Below, one piece after another: positions 1-13,850 of a stretch of DNA of 64,000 nucleotides. This stretch comes from the human T2T-CHM13v2.0 reference genome, Homo sapiens. Location of the stretch: NCBI RefSeq assembly GCF_009914755.1, contig NC_060928.1; one strand, given 5' to 3'. Below the pieces are notes generated by a model. That model made no database searches and was not told the origin of the DNA. It was given only the letters and a program-made list of their open reading frames with translations. Numbering within the stretch: the stretch's first letter is position 1; each line of letters opens with the position of its first letter. The position numbers were made by a program, and so were the translations under genes.

Positions 1-310
1 ACAAAAACAGAGAACAAAATGGTAGTTACTGGGGGTGGGCCACACTGGAAAGATGTAGGTCAAAGGATACAGAGTTGCATGTAGGATGAATAAGTCTAGA
101 GATCTAATATACAACATGAGAACTACAGTTAATAATATTGTATTTATTTGAGGTTTCTGTTAAGAGAGATTTTTGATGCTCTTGACACACACAAAAATGG
201 TAACATTGTGAAATGATGAAAGTGTTAATTTCCTTGATTGTAGTAACCATATCACTATGTATATAAAAAATTATGTTGTATACCTTAAATACATAAAATA
301 AAAAATAAAA
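1..310 (+). mobile_element. Old L1 (L1MA/L1M-type) 3' UTR fragment
   Basis: Typical L1M 3' end motifs (aaaggatacagagttgca...gatctaatatacaacatgagaactacagttaataatattgta) ending in an A-rich tail. Confidence 0.75.
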
Positions 311-3009
311 GTCTATTATCTTAATCATGTAAAAACTACTATAAAATCATTTTCAATACAGCAGGTGAAATAAAATGTGAAGCAAAATACTTTGCAACAA
401 GGAAAACATTCTTAATATTGGCTCATATTAATATGATTATGTCTAATTAAATAACATTAATAATAAGTTGCCAAAAGTAAGATTTAAGTTAAACACTTAC
501 CTCCCAGATATAATGTTACTCCATATTTGTATCAATTGGATTAACTAACTGGAATATTGTATGTACCTAATCCCTCAGCTACTATTTTTACATATTCACA
601 AAATACATTGTTGAGCTGCTTATCTTTGACTTGAATAAATTACTTCAGATGCAAGGATTCATCCAGGTAGAAGTGGTTTGTTACACATGAGAAATTGGGT
701 TGTTGGCATAGAAGATATCTGATCTGGAGGTGGTCACCCATAGTCATTTACTTCTGTCGATTACCAGTCTATTGCCCACTGTAAATATAGCATGTTTCCC
801 TCCCACCTCTAGGACGTCATAGTCTAATAAGATTTAGAAAAACATTTTATTTCTCAATCCTGCAAAACAGCCATATTTGAAAGTTCCCAGGTACTCGGAA
901 TCCAGTGTTACATTATGTAACAATTGTTTATATAGCACTTTAAAATGTATAAAGCACTTTTACACATGCCAACCTTTTAACCTTCACCAATAAACTCTTG
1001 AAGTAATTTGTTATTGATCCTCATTTTACATATGTGGAAACAACTCCAAAATGGTCAAACATATGGTAGTGAAAATGTATAGGGTTCATATTTACTTAGA
1101 ATTTGATCAAAGTTTCAGCTCAATATTACTTAGCTGTGTAACTTTGGGCAATAAATATAATGGAAAGTACTATATATTGATTTATTGATATATCTGTCAG
1201 GCTCTATGACAAGGGTTTTATAGGTATTTTATATTGCACACTGTTAGGGAAGTACTATTATTATACTTATGCAGATATGAGGAAACAGGCTCAGAGGGAT
1301 TAAGTAATTTGGCTAAGATAAGAAAATATTGAGTAGTAGAACTTAGCTTTGAACTCTAGCAATTCAATCCGCCAGCCCTCATTGCCATATCACTAGAACA
1401 TATAACCTTTAATCTGATTAGAGTATTTAAGGTATTAGAGTACCTTATATTAGTTGGTCATTCAATAAGTGTTCATTCATTTATCCCTTAACTCCCTAAG
1501 TGACATTGCCAAGGACATCCATTGTCCTTAAGATAAAGTCAATTTTCATAGTCCTATTATTTACCTTCCCACTTCATTTCTCTTCATTAGATCATCATAC
1601 CATTCAACCCAGTGACTCAAAGACTTCTCACACTGCTTTATAGCTATACCATCACCATCCTCCAGGACTTTTCTGAAGCTGCTCAGATCACCGTGATAAT
1701 TCATAGCATCTAATCAAAATATGAATCCCTGACCTATGTCCTTGAGGAAATAGTTCCTGAACTTCCAAAATCAAGTGATCCACTAACGTACCACCCAGTA
1801 TCCTGGCCCTCCCAGCTCCTCTGTCCCTTAATACTCCTTAAACTCGATGAAACCGGCCTATCCACCTCTCCCACTGGGGCTATAAACCCTAGAGACTGTA
1901 TTCTGCTCACCACTGTCTCTCCAAGGTGAGGCCTAATACAGTGTAGGAGATAAATAAATATTTGTTAAGCAAATAAACAAGGAAAGGAAAAATGAATTGT
2001 TGGTGACTAAAGTAGAAATACCGATTTAATTGGATTAAATAGCCTAGGCTTTTCTTACCAAAATCCAGAAAGAAAAAACAGTGTTGACCTTAACAGTTTA
2101 CTAGTGATGATGAATCAAAGCTATCAAAGGCATTGTTAGGCCAATTTTAAATACGAAAGAAAATTACTCAAATGATATTATCAATCACAGAAACCTGAAA
2201 GTGTAAAGAGAGAATGTTTTTATAATTTAATCTCAGTTTGCAAGGAAAGAAAATTGAATGTCAACAGAATGATAACCAAATTGCTGTATCAATATTATAT
2301 ATTATCTTAACTCTGGCTCAATATTTGGAAGAAGATGATAGCATCTCCTCTTCCTAATCTTCCTAATGTGATGTGCTGTCATAGTTGCCATATGTCCATG
2401 ATATTGGGATAAAGATTATAAAGCTAATAGTCAAGGCTAATGAGCAAAATTATACTTAAAAGATCAAGGGTATTATGTTTATGTCTGTATTTTATTGGCA
2501 TATACTGAAAAATCCCAGAAACTTTGGAAGGTAAGATTAAACTCTTAAATGTTCCCCATAAAATAAATGTTTTGTATTAATAGTTATTTTCCATATTAAA
2601 AATAATTCTTTTGAATCATTCGTTACAAAATATCTACAAGTATTGTTGGGATGGCTAAGACAAGGACCTTAAATAATAAAATCTTGACATACTTCATGCT
2701 ATGGAAGCAATAAATTTGAAATTTAACATTTGAAGTAATCATACAAATAATAAAAATGTTATAAGCAATAAAATTATTGTTTCTTTTTCCTAAGATGTAA
2801 TAGTGAAACATACTGTTTTTACAAACAAATTTTCACAAGCAACTGATTTTGTAAACCAATTTGACTTTCTTTTAATCAGTATTAACCCTTGCCAATAGTA
2901 ATCATATTAAAATTTTCTCAGTCTCTCCCCAATAGGAAATAAGTAGGAGGGACATCAAGAATGAAGGGTTTATTTATTAAAAGGGTGCTAACTCATTCCA
3001 TTTGGAGAC

Positions 3010-3090
3010 AATGACAGTCGTAGAAGAACCAGCTTGGTTAAGAGAAGAAGACATCTGACCAGAACATAGAGGAGAAACCCCCTGTCTAAG
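3010..3090 (+). other. Candidate non-coding exon 1 of unit A
   Basis: Ends AAG|gtatct ~780 bp before the signal exon, with a TATA-like tttattaaaa upstream. Patchy similarity to 59520-59590 (gcttggttaagag vs gatttggtgaagag; ggagaaaccccctgtctaag vs ggaaagactcctttgcaag). Confidence 0.3.
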
Positions 3091-3869
3091 GTATCTATTC
3101 AGGGAAGAATTTGGGACATAGAGTTTTCTTTTAGGATCTGGGATTTCCGCCATTTTGACAAAACAGTAATAGCTAAATAAATCAATAACTGGAATTTAAA
3201 TCTGCTGATTTAGGCAAATTAAACTTGTTTTTAACACTCTTTTATTAATTACTGGTGGGAACTGGTCATACATACTCACTAAAAGATAGATTCCCACTCA
3301 CTTTCGCTAATTCTACAGATAAAGCTTATTCTTATGAATTATTCAAGTTTTATTGCTGTATAGCAACCATTGGTAAAATGGGATTTAAGTTAAAAAATCA
3401 TAAAGCAAACCTGTCTTTGTTCAGAAAAATTTCTATACCAGAAATGCTTCACCTCTGCCTAAGACGTTTCCTGGTATTAAAGTAGATACTGAATTCAATA
3501 CCTGCCTCAACACTTTGAGACCTCTGTGGAAGCATTGACTATAGTATTGTCCTGAGATCCTAAAAGCATGAGTTGCTACTTTTTAAAGCTAAAAACTTCT
3601 GTAAAATAAAATTTTATTTAAATAATGGGCTTATTCTTATATTTAAAGAAGCACTTAGCTCCTAACCCTAGTTACTCTAAATTACTCTTCTATTATCAGA
3701 CCTTTATAAAGTTCACAGAAAGCTCTCTAGTAACCAGCAAATTATTTTGTGATAGCATTGCTGCCTGAGAAGTCTTAATTCCATAACAGATTGAAATGAA
3801 GGTGGATTTGAATAACATATTCATCACTACACTATTAAGTATGGATTCTCTTTATTCTTTTTTTTTAAG

Positions 3870-3948
3870 TCTTGCTAAGTTCCATGAAGAAAAAATGAAG
3901 GCCTTCATCTTGACTATGATCATCTTGAACATTATTATATTCTTCTTG
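3870..3948 (+). pseudogene. Unit A signal-peptide exon (MKAFILTMIILNIIIFFL), SCPP-type exon 2
   Basis: Polypyrimidine tract + AG at 3868-3869, short 5' UTR, ATG 3895 and 18 mostly hydrophobic codons ending at phase 0. Donor degraded to gcaaat. Paralogous to 60316-60369. Confidence 0.75.
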
Positions 3949-4174
3949 GCAAATTTTTAATTGTCTTAAATGGGTAATTTTGTTGTCATTTAGAAAAAGG
4001 TAAAGGTGCCCACATCAATCATATGCCACAAAAACATCTTATACTAAATCATCATTGTGTTTGCAACCCAAATAATATATGCTTTGTTGTATTAAAAATT
4101 TTTACCTTGAACTTTATTATATCTTTATTATATATTTTCATAAAATGATATTTGTAGCCAATAAAAAAAATCAG

Positions 4175-4850
4175 AAATTTATGTCCACACTAAAACCACA
4201 CAGATGTTTATAGCAACTCTAATTCATAATTGCCAAAATGTGGAAGCAACCAAGCTGTCCTACAATAGGTAAATGGATAAATAAACTGTGGTACATCCAT
4301 ACAATGGAATATTACTCATCATTAAAAAGAGATGAGCTATCCAACCATGAAACGACATGGAAGATCCCTAAGTCAATATTACCAAGTGAAAGAAGCCAAT
4401 CTAAAACAGCTACATACTGTGTAATTCCACTATATGACATTCTGATCAAGGCAAAACGATGGAGACAGTAAAAGCATCAGTCATTGCCATGGATTTGATG
4501 AGAGGGAGGAATAAATAGGTGGAACACAGAAGATTTTACAGCAATGAAAACTATTCTGTAAGATGCTATGATGGATATATGTCATTATACATTTGTAAAA
4601 ACCCATAGAATGTAAAATACCACAAATGAACCTTAATATAAACTATAAACTTTGGGTGATGATGATGTGTCGATGTAAGTTAATCCACTGTAATGAATGT
4701 GCCACTCTAGTACAGGATATTGATAATAAAGGAGGCTGGGATAGGGGGCTGAAATAAGGAGTATATGGGAACTCTCTGTACTTCACACTCAGTTTTTCTG
4801 TGAACCTAAAACTGCTTTTGAAAAGTTTTTAAGAAAAAGAAAGAAATGAA
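4175..4850 (+). mobile_element. Old L1M 3' end in the unit A intron
   Basis: ORF 4238..4471 resembles the L1 ORF2 C-terminus (WKQPSCPT..WINKLWYIHTMEYY), followed by an L1MB/MC-type 3' UTR. Confidence 0.85.
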
Positions 4851-4976
4851 AATCAAAATATGAATAACATCAAAATGGCTATTTCCTATTTTTATCAATT
4901 AATTTTTTAAATACACCCAATGTAGCTTGATGCCACACATATTTAGTCTTTACTTAAACATGTATTTTTAATTTAG

Positions 4977-7257
4977 ACAAGCGAGAGTCTTAAAACTCAT
5001 GATCTGGTTTTTTGTTCTTGCGATAGTTTACTGAGAATGATGATTTCCAATTTCATCCATGTCCCTACAAAGGACATGAACTCATCATTTTTTATGGCTG
5101 CATAGATAGGTGGGAATTGAACAATGAGATCACATGGACACAGGAAGGGGAATATCACACTCTGGGGACTGTGGTGGGGGGGGAGGGAGGGGGGAGGGAT
5201 AGCACTGGGAGATATACCTAATGCTAGATGACGAGTTAGTGGGTGCAGCGCACCAGCATGGCACATGTATACATATGTAACTAACCTGCACAATGTGCAC
5301 ATGTACCTTAAAACTTAAAGTATAATAAAAAAAAAAAAAAACTCATGATCTGTCGAGACAAATGCCATCAAGGTTAAATTCATCTTTCAAAACCAGAAAA
5401 ACAAAGACCTCACATATCCAGGCTGCACTAAGACAAGCCCACATCCCGACATCAAAGCAATCATCAAGCCAGGCTTCACTTACTGTGACTCAACCAAAAT
5501 CACCTGTGTCAGTTTTAACAAACCAATCTCTAACAACCAATTCTTTTAAATCTTCAACATCCAAGTCTACATCCAAACATTCATTATCTTAAAATCCAGC
5601 AAAGGAGTCTAACTCTACCAAAAAGCAATTTCTAGCTAAAAAGACTGTAAAAAATCAGCCTCAACCAGAACAACTTCAAAAAACAACAGAAATTAATCTA
5701 CAAGTTTACACACAAAGTGACTTTACCTGACAAGTCTATGCCCAATCAGGCATCTCTCACCAAAACTGCTATAAAAAGGAAGACAGCTGCTAAGCCTAAA
5801 CAGAAACAGTCAAAAGTTACCAAATCTATACCCAAGAGGACATCATCTTCTCACAAAACAAACAAAAGGTCATCAGTTGCCAATGCTACACAGAAATCAT
5901 TCGTAAAGAGAGCAAAAAGAAAGGCCACAGCTGCGAAAGCTGCACTTTGGCAAACATCATTTTTCCTGCGTCCAGTGAGGAGCCTCTAGTTCCTACATCT
6001 AAAGTTTCCACAGGTAACACAAGAAGAGTTTCTTCTAAGAGGGGTCCACCAAAACAATTTCCCAGGCTACAGCTCTACTTCAAAAACAGCTGCAAAGTTC
6101 ACAGCCAAAAAGTCTCAAAGATGCAATTCTGCTGGAAGCCAGTGTCCAGCTTCCAAAAACAAACCAGAGAAGATGGGCCCTTTAAGTCCTCGTCTCCAAC
6201 TTACTTGACTTTACTAAATATTCCTAAGCACCATGTGCACAAACCTCATCCACCATCCTCATGTTCAATAAAAATGCATCCATCCCAATTTCAAACTCAC
6301 AAATCTAAACCTCATAAGCCCATACCTTGTCCACATCGACCTAAAAAGTATCCATCTCAGAATTCTGGAGAAGCAGCTACTTCATCACACAGAGCGGCAG
6401 CTCCTATCCTTGCAGATATCACCACGGCAGCCATTGGAGATAATAATGATATCACTACTAGCATGTCTCAAATTACACCTACCTCAAAGGACTTTTCTAC
6501 TACCCTCTTACCTACTACAACTATCTCTGTATCTCAATCATCACCCACTCTGCAGATTACACTACCACCAGGCGAGGTATCACTGCGTTTGAAAGCATCA
6601 CTGTTGTGGTAACTAACACTACTACTGCCGCAGTAGGTAAAACCATGTTTGAAGTTGAAGCCACTACTGCTAAAACTGACACAACTATTAAAGAGACTGC
6701 TGTAACTGCTTCTATGACCAACAACCACTATAGATAGCACTTAACAGTGCAACTGACACTGAAATCACTATGGAGGCTCTAGAAACCATGACAGCTACTC
6801 TAAGAGTGACAACTTCTACCCTCGACACGACTCTGCCTGGGACCAATAACACTTCCACTGCTGCCCCTAATTCCACCACTGCCCTGGATGATGCTACCAG
6901 TGCCACCAATACTACTGTTGACACTGAGCCTGAAAGAAATGTCACTGTCCCTGAAGAGTATACTTACGATATTGAAGATTATAATCCAGCTTCTGTGAGT
7001 ATGACCCAGAGCTTGCTGAAAGTTCCACCATAATTACAGAATCTAATGCCACAAGTGCTGTTATTCCTTCATCTCCAGGGGCCACTGCGCCTATACAAAA
7101 TGCCTGAGAAACTACAACTGATAACACTGCTCAGAATCTACAGGTGACAGCTACTCCATATAGCCCTTGAATGTTGACGGGATACCCCAACCAACGATCA
7201 AAAGTCTTTGAGAAAATACTGAAAATGTTTAGCAGTGAAAACATAGCAATGCTGTAA
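4977..7257 (+). pseudogene. Unit A large exon: decayed secreted mucin-like gene (Lys-rich, His/Cys/Pro and PTS domains)
   Basis: Acceptor tttaatttag|ACA AGC GAG (TSE). After removing the L1 it reads in frame into ORF 5362. Broken ORFs 5362, 5717, 5947 and 6770 give K/S/T-rich, HKPHPPSSC..KPIPCPHRPK and T/A/S-rich segments, with multiple stops and frameshifts. Confidence 0.8.
5007..5340 (+). mobile_element. Young 5'-inverted L1 (L1PA2-like) 3' end
   Basis: 5007-~5105 antisense, then sense 3' UTR and poly(A); GATGACGAGTTAG (GAG, not Ta-type ACA). 15-bp TSD AAAACTCATGATCTG at 4992-5006 and 5338-5352; TT/AAAA target site. Confidence 0.95.
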
Positions 7258-8919
7258 GCATACTATAATGTGGTTTTTAAGTCTTTTTTCCTTATATGCC
7301 AATATGTCATATCATATATTTGAAGCAACACAAGGAGAATTGTCATTGCATTTTTAAATGATGATTCAAAAAGTTGGCAGTTCTCAACATTTGACATGAT
7401 TGGAATTTGTCTTGTATTCTCATTTCGCTCTAAAGTGTCTTTGATGTCCTAAGAGCAACAATCCTTAAATCCTCTTAATTCCCCTCTCTTGAGTACTAAA
7501 ATCCCTCATTCACTGACCTTGATTAAATTATTCAACAAAAATTTGTCTCTTATAGTTTAAAGGGATAATTTATTGGCTTGGTGAATTTCATTCTTATGAA
7601 AGGAAACAAACACTTAAAGTTGTTACCTATAGAAAAATAGGAATTACTTATTGTAGGCTATGACATTTCTAGGATGCTATAAAAGAGGAGACAGAGATTT
7701 ATTCAGATAATCTAAATTTCTTCTTGGCCTGAAAGAAAATTTGGCCCAGAAGAGCCCTAGAAATCTATACATATCTCCTTGTATAGAAAGCCTCTTTAAA
7801 TCATTCCTGAGTTATAAAGCACTGAAAGAACAAGACATGAGCTTCTCAGATCCAACAAGACTGTCTCAAATGAATGATGTCAGTGGCAGCTTTGGGACTT
7901 CTCCCTACCACTGTAATCACATACTCATAGATCAGGTCCCAATGCATACATCGGGTCCCAAGGGTAATTGGACTGAGAAATCCTGCACCTGGTCCTTTCC
8001 TCCAAGCTATCACTATTCCTTCAAACACCTACATCCTCTGAGAAATAAGCATGGGATGTTGATCTAATTTTATAGGGCGTGTGTTTGTGTTGGGGGTGTT
8101 GGTGAGAGAGAGAGAGAGAGCTATCATTCTATAGCTCACCAAAAGGGCCATACCCATAAATTTACTTTTCCCATCACAAATTTCTTCTGCTCTTTTGCAA
8201 TGTGGAGTCAACATGATGCATATATCATAATCTAGTATTTTAAAAGAAGAATTAAAAACAAATATTTTTCCTTTCAGGCCACAAGTTTTAGATTTATCAG
8301 TTTTTATCTTAAAATACTCATTATCAAGACTATTCCACAGATTTTAAAATCAATGTACCCATGATAAATAATTGATATGTATCATGAGTACATATTATAT
8401 TTTCATAATCTAGATTCATATTATAAGCCTAAACCAAACTAGTAGACAAAGTTTCTCTTCTTTGTATAGCCATTGAAGATACTTAACTGCAGATGAGAAA
8501 TATGATAAGAATCTGCTAAGCACAGGCATAAATTTTCATCTGCTCTGTAGTGTCACACATGTTAATGTCTAATAATTTTCTGCTAACTGCTCTGGTTTTT
8601 CTTATACATTTAAACATTTATACACCTAAAGTATTGACCAAGGCTCTTATTTTGTTAAAAAAAGTAATTTCAGGTAATTGGGTATATTCATTTAACATGT
8701 TCACTTAAAAATATATTTTGAACATCTACTAGTAGCAAGTCCCTCTGCTAAGTGCTATGAGACAGTACAAAAAGACCCAGACAATTATTGTGGACTAATG
8801 GACTTCACAGTAAAAGAGGAATCATACCATATGTATATAACTAATCATGGTACAATTCAAAATAGAAAAGGAGGCGTCTTACAGACTGAGAGATCATGGC
8901 AGTGATCAGGGAAAAAAAG

Positions 8920-9060
8920 TGTTATGATGGTGTGCACTTGTAGTCCTAGCTACTTGGTATATTTGAGTGGCAGGATTGCTTCAGCCCAGGAATTCAAGGA
9001 TGCAGTAAGCTATGATTGTGCCACTGCACTCCAAAGTGAGATTCTGTCTCTTAAAGAAAA
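8920..9060 (+). mobile_element. Old Alu monomer fragment (AluJ/FRAM-like)
   Basis: tgtagtcctagctac...gcagtaagctatgattgtgccactgcactcca. Confidence 0.8.
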
Positions 9061-9679
9061 AGTGTTATGGAAAAGATGGCACTTGAGTGGATGTGTGCTG
9101 CAAGCTGGCTGCTGGGCCATAAACTGTTTACTGGTCAGTTATGAGTGAAGGCCATAAATCACTTTTTGTCATTATGTACACACACTATTTATTTCAGCTT
9201 CTTTTTAACTATTGATTCATTCATTTACTCATTCACTTATTCAGTAGCAAGACTTTCTTGTTGACAAAGGCAATGTGTTCTGGTGCAAGCTCCTTATCTC
9301 ATTCGTGACCAATAATTTGAGTATACCTGAACTAGAACTAAGTAGCGGCTACTCCCTGCTCTTATAACTGAGGCATGCTCTCCTCATTTCACCTGTTTCC
9401 ACCCATTCACTGCAGAGTAGCTTCTCATAAATTTAGGCATTTAAGCTTGTAATCCTTGCTATAAACAATGAAATAACTTAAGACTTGTGTAAAAGAAGGT
9501 AAATTCTTTTAGCTAATGTAAGATGAAGGTGAGAGTTAGTAAAGGCCTAATGGTGAAATTGAGGGGACAATTTTGAGATATATTAGGGAATAAATATCAG
9601 TAAAAATTGAGAATTTGTATATTGGATAAGATGGTGTTAAAGAAGAAGCTATTTTCTGAATTGGATAACTGGTTACAAG

Positions 9680-11880
9680 ATAATATCTCCACAAGAAAAC
9701 TATTAGGACTGATAAGCAAATTCAGCAAAGTTGCAGGATACAAAATCAATATACAAAACTAAGTAGCATTTCTATATGCCAACAGTGAACAATCTGAAAA
9801 AGAAAAAAAAGTAATTCTATTTACTATAGCCACACATAAAATTAAATACCTGGGAATTAACTGAAGAAGTGAAATATCTCTATAATGAAAACTATTAAAG
9901 ACTTATAAAAGAAATTGAAGAGATACCAAAAATGGAAAAATATTCCATATTCATGGATTGGAAGAATCAGTATTGTTGAAATGTCCATACAACCCAAAGC
10001 AATCTACAATTCAATGCAATCCCTATCAAAATACCAATGACATTCTTCACAGAAATAGAAAAAAAAAATCTAAAATTTACATGGAACCACAGAAGACCCA
10101 TAAGAGCCAAAGCTATCCTGAGCAAAAAGAGCAAAACTGGAGGAATCACATTACCTGACTTCTAATTATACTACAGAGCTACATAACCAAAACAGCATGG
10201 TACTGGCATAAAAACAGACAAACAAACCAATGGAACAAAATAGAGAACCCAGAAACAAATCCACACATCTGCAGTGAATTCATTTTTAACAAAGGCGCAA
10301 GAAACATACACTGCAGAAAAGACAGTCTCTTCAATAAATGGTGCTGGGAAAACTGGATATCCATATGCAGAGGAATGAAACTAGGCTCCTTTCTCTCAGC
10401 ATATACAAAAAGCAAACCAAAATGGATTAAAGACTTAAATTGAAGACCCCAAACTCTGAAACCACTACAAGAAAACACTGGAAAAGTCTCTAGGACATTG
10501 GCAATAATTTCTTGAGCAATACCCGGAAGCACCGTCAGCCAAACCAAAAAATGGACAGATAGGAACATATCAAGTTAAAAAGCTTCTGCACAGCAAAGGA
10601 TAGAATCAACAAACTGAAGAGACACCTAGAATGGAAGAAAATATCTGCAAACTAGCCGTCTGACAAGGGATTAATAACTAAAATATATAAGGAGCTCAAA
10701 TAACTCTATAGAAAAAATCAATGTTCTGGGTTTTAAAATGGGTAAAATGCAAGGTATGGTATACGCCTTTGGTCCCAGCTACTCAGGATGCTGAGGTGGG
10801 AGAATCACCTGGGGGTGGGAGGCAAAAGTTTCAATGAGCCAAGATCATGCTCTACAGCCTGGGTGATGAAGCGAGACCCTGTCTCAAAAAAAAAAAAAAA
10901 AAAAAAAAAGGCAAAAGATTTGAATAGATATTTCTCAAGAGAAGACATACAAATGGCAGAATGGAAGACAAGTATATGAAAAGATGCTCAAATGCAAATC
11001 AAAACTACAATGAGATATCACCTCAGCCCAGTTAAAATGACTTATATCCAAAAGGCAATAACAGATGCTGGTGAGGATGTGGAAAAAAGGAACCCTTGTA
11101 CACTTTTCATGGGAATGTAAATTACTACAACCACTATGGAAAATAGTTTGGAGGTTCCTCAAAAAAATGAAAAATTGAGTACCATATGATCCAGCCATCC
11201 TACTTCTGGGTATACACCCAAAAGAAAGGAAATCAGTATATCAAAAAGATAGCTGCACCCCTATGTTTGTTGCAGCACTTTTCACAATACCTAAGATTTG
11301 GAAGCAAACTAAGTGTCCATGAACAGATGAATGGATAAAGAAAATGTAGTACATATACACAATGGAGTACTGTTCAGCCATAAAAAAGAATGAGATCCAG
11401 CCATTTGCAACAACATGGATGGAAGTGGAGATCATTATGTTAATTGAAATAAGCCAGGCACAGAAAGACACATCACATGTTCTCACTTATTTGTGGGATC
11501 TAAAAATCAAAGCAACTGAACTCACAAACATAGAGAGTAGAAAGATGGTTACCAGAGACTGGGAAGGGTAGTGGGTGGATGGGAGGGGATGTGGGGATGG
11601 TTAAGGGGTACAAAAAGGTAGAATAAGACCTACTGTTAGATAACACATTAGGGTGACTGTAGTCAATAATAATTAATTATACACTTTAAAATAACTTAAA
11701 GAGGGTAATTGGATTGTTTGTAACTCAAAGGATAAATACTTTAGGGAATGGATAGCCCATTCTCTATAATGTGCTTATTTCACATTGCTTGCCTGTGTCA
11801 AAACATCTCCCTCACCTGATAAATATATATATATATCTTCTACGTACTCAGAAAATTTTTTTACAAAAGATATTACAAAA
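9680..11880 (+). mobile_element. L1 (L1MA/L1PB-type) ORF2 3' half plus 3' UTR, containing an Alu monomer at ~10745-10910
   Basis: Recognisable L1 ORF2 sequence (ttcagcaaagttgcaggatacaaaatcaa; MEYCSAIKKNEI) with stops; Alu right-arm motifs and poly(A) at 10885-10909. Confidence 0.9.
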
Positions 11881-13249
11881 CAAGATTTATAAGTCAGTCT
11901 GTAGGCAAAAGGAAGAATTTACTTTGAGATGGGCTGCATCTGTTCCAACCTCTGTGTTAAAAACTGAGAGCATATCATTATTTTAAATACCCATGGTACA
12001 TTACAAAACTGGATCACATATTAGGTCACAAAGATAACCTCCCTAAATGTGAAAAACTCAGAAATTATATTACCAGAGACCTACCGACTGCAACAAATCT
12101 AAAAACTATGAAATAGTAAAAAGTTTACTTTTTCAAAGTAAGAAAACTGTAGTAAAATAGGCAATAATAGGAGATTTTAAAAATAAGACTATGTATGCAA
12201 ACTCATGGGGCCCAGTCAAAGTCATAGGAAGAGGTAAAGTGCTGTATTAATTTATAGTATCATGGGGACATTAGAGTAGATATATCAAAAAGTTATACTT
12301 CTATTTATGCATCTCAGAAATTAATAAAATGGATTCCCAAAATAGTAGGGGAAGTATACAAATATATTAATTTAAATACAACAGGTATTTTTCCCTAATA
12401 ATGTGAAGAAAAGGAGAATTCCTATAATTACAATTTATAATTGAGAAAGAAGAATTTTTGCAGTACTCTCAACTTTACCTTTGAAACAATATATTCCTGC
12501 TTCTTAGGAAATATCAGATTCATACAGATAAAACACGTAAACAGTTACACTTAAGGAAAGGGATTAAAGTATCATTAATAATTAATAGATACCTTGAAAA
12601 AATCTTTGTGGTTATAAAAATATACCTTAAAAATAAGATTGAATGTCACAATAATAACATACAAATATATGACATCATTTTTCATTGATCTCCACTTATC
12701 TCTTTTATGCAATAGGATTATTCTGAAAAGGCACATCATGCTTGTATATGAACACTGGGCAATAGTCAGCATGCATTTTGAATACAGATTTTGAAAACCA
12801 GAGCTCATACATACAGTCTATATAGAGACTAAAGATTTCCGCCTCTAAAAAAACACAAAAAAATGTAGAAAATATCTTTGAAATAAACTTTATTTAAAAT
12901 CCTTTATATAGACTTAAAATACATCTCAATTATTTACACCAAATTTCAAAGTTTATTCTAGACAAGTTATGAACTTCTAAGAGAGCTAGATGATTGAAAC
13001 AAGAGAAATCAAATTTCTAACAGAATAAAAGGAATTTTAAAGTTAAAATGGCATTACTAAGAGAATCACATATGAAGAATCAATGCTTATCAAAGAACTG
13101 TCACTTTATTTTTCCTTCAAGAAATATTAACAATTAAAACACAAGTAATCACATAATTGTTCATTTTTCCCCTCTTTCCTAAGAAAATAAAAGTAGGAAG
13201 AATAGAACGTGTTCTTGATTGTCTCATTAAGATTCAGCTAAAAATTCTC

Positions 13250-13850
<601 letters not shown>

